Shown here: positions 63,731 through 64,000 of the stretch, piece after piece
How positions within the stretch are numbered: the first letter of the stretch is position 1
Layout: each line of letters opens with the position of its first letter
Assembly: GCA_012295275.1 (NCBI GenBank)
Contig: CM022673.1
Coordinates: 19,654,001-19,718,000 of the forward strand
Origin: Chrysomallon squamiferum
Taxonomy: Eukaryota; Animalia; Mollusca
Reading direction: 5' to 3'
DNA: 64,000 nucleotides
The notes under the pieces: generated by a model
Databases searched by the model: none
Seen by the model: only the letters and a program-made list of their open reading frames with translations
What the model was told of the DNA's origin: nothing
Made by a program: the position numbers and the translations under genes

Positions 63731-64000
63731 GTAAGTTTTGAGAATAAAAACATGATTCTGTATGTGTACATAGCAGTCCTAATAGCACTATAGTTATGTA
63801 TGTAGAAATACAGATATAATATCTCCAGAGTTTGGTATTATCACATGAAAGAAAACTATTTTTATCTTTAAAGAGATCTTTTTGTTGAAGATAATTACTA
63901 AAGAATATGGCTATATCTGTGCTCTGTACAGAAGTGTTATAAAGCATGGAATCCAAGTAAAATACAATTATGTACATGTAAGTAAAACTACCATATCTGA

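Overview
AT-rich animal genomic DNA, probably a gastropod mollusc (inferred from intron style and SINE tails). Three spliced protein-coding genes were assembled by hand on the + strand, all with GT-AG introns and consistent phases: an 8-exon OVCA2/FSH1-family serine hydrolase (7428-16667, 227 aa); an 18-coding-exon, ~1670-aa NIK/MAP3K14-like kinase (24672-48503); and the 5' part of a GALNT11-like GalNAc-transferase (57946 to window end). The kinase is the most unusual item: upstream of its non-RD kinase domain it carries a degenerate CBP/p300 TAZ2-like zinc finger, a candidate TRAF-binding motif and a 22-aa repeat, and it ends in a NIK-type C-terminal domain. Three CpG-rich promoter-like regions each appear to drive a spliced minus-strand unit with no intact known protein: a 54-aa sORF, a decayed ankyrin-repeat gene head-to-head with the kinase, and a signal-peptide sORF or pseudogene head-to-head with GALNT11. 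Introns and intergenic DNA contain many decayed mobile elements: Academ-like, Sola2 nested in an ISL2EU/Harbinger-type element, LINE, DIRS-type YR, Tc1, hAT, SINEs, and a multi-level pogo/Tigger nest. All family assignments are from remembered motifs, not database searches.
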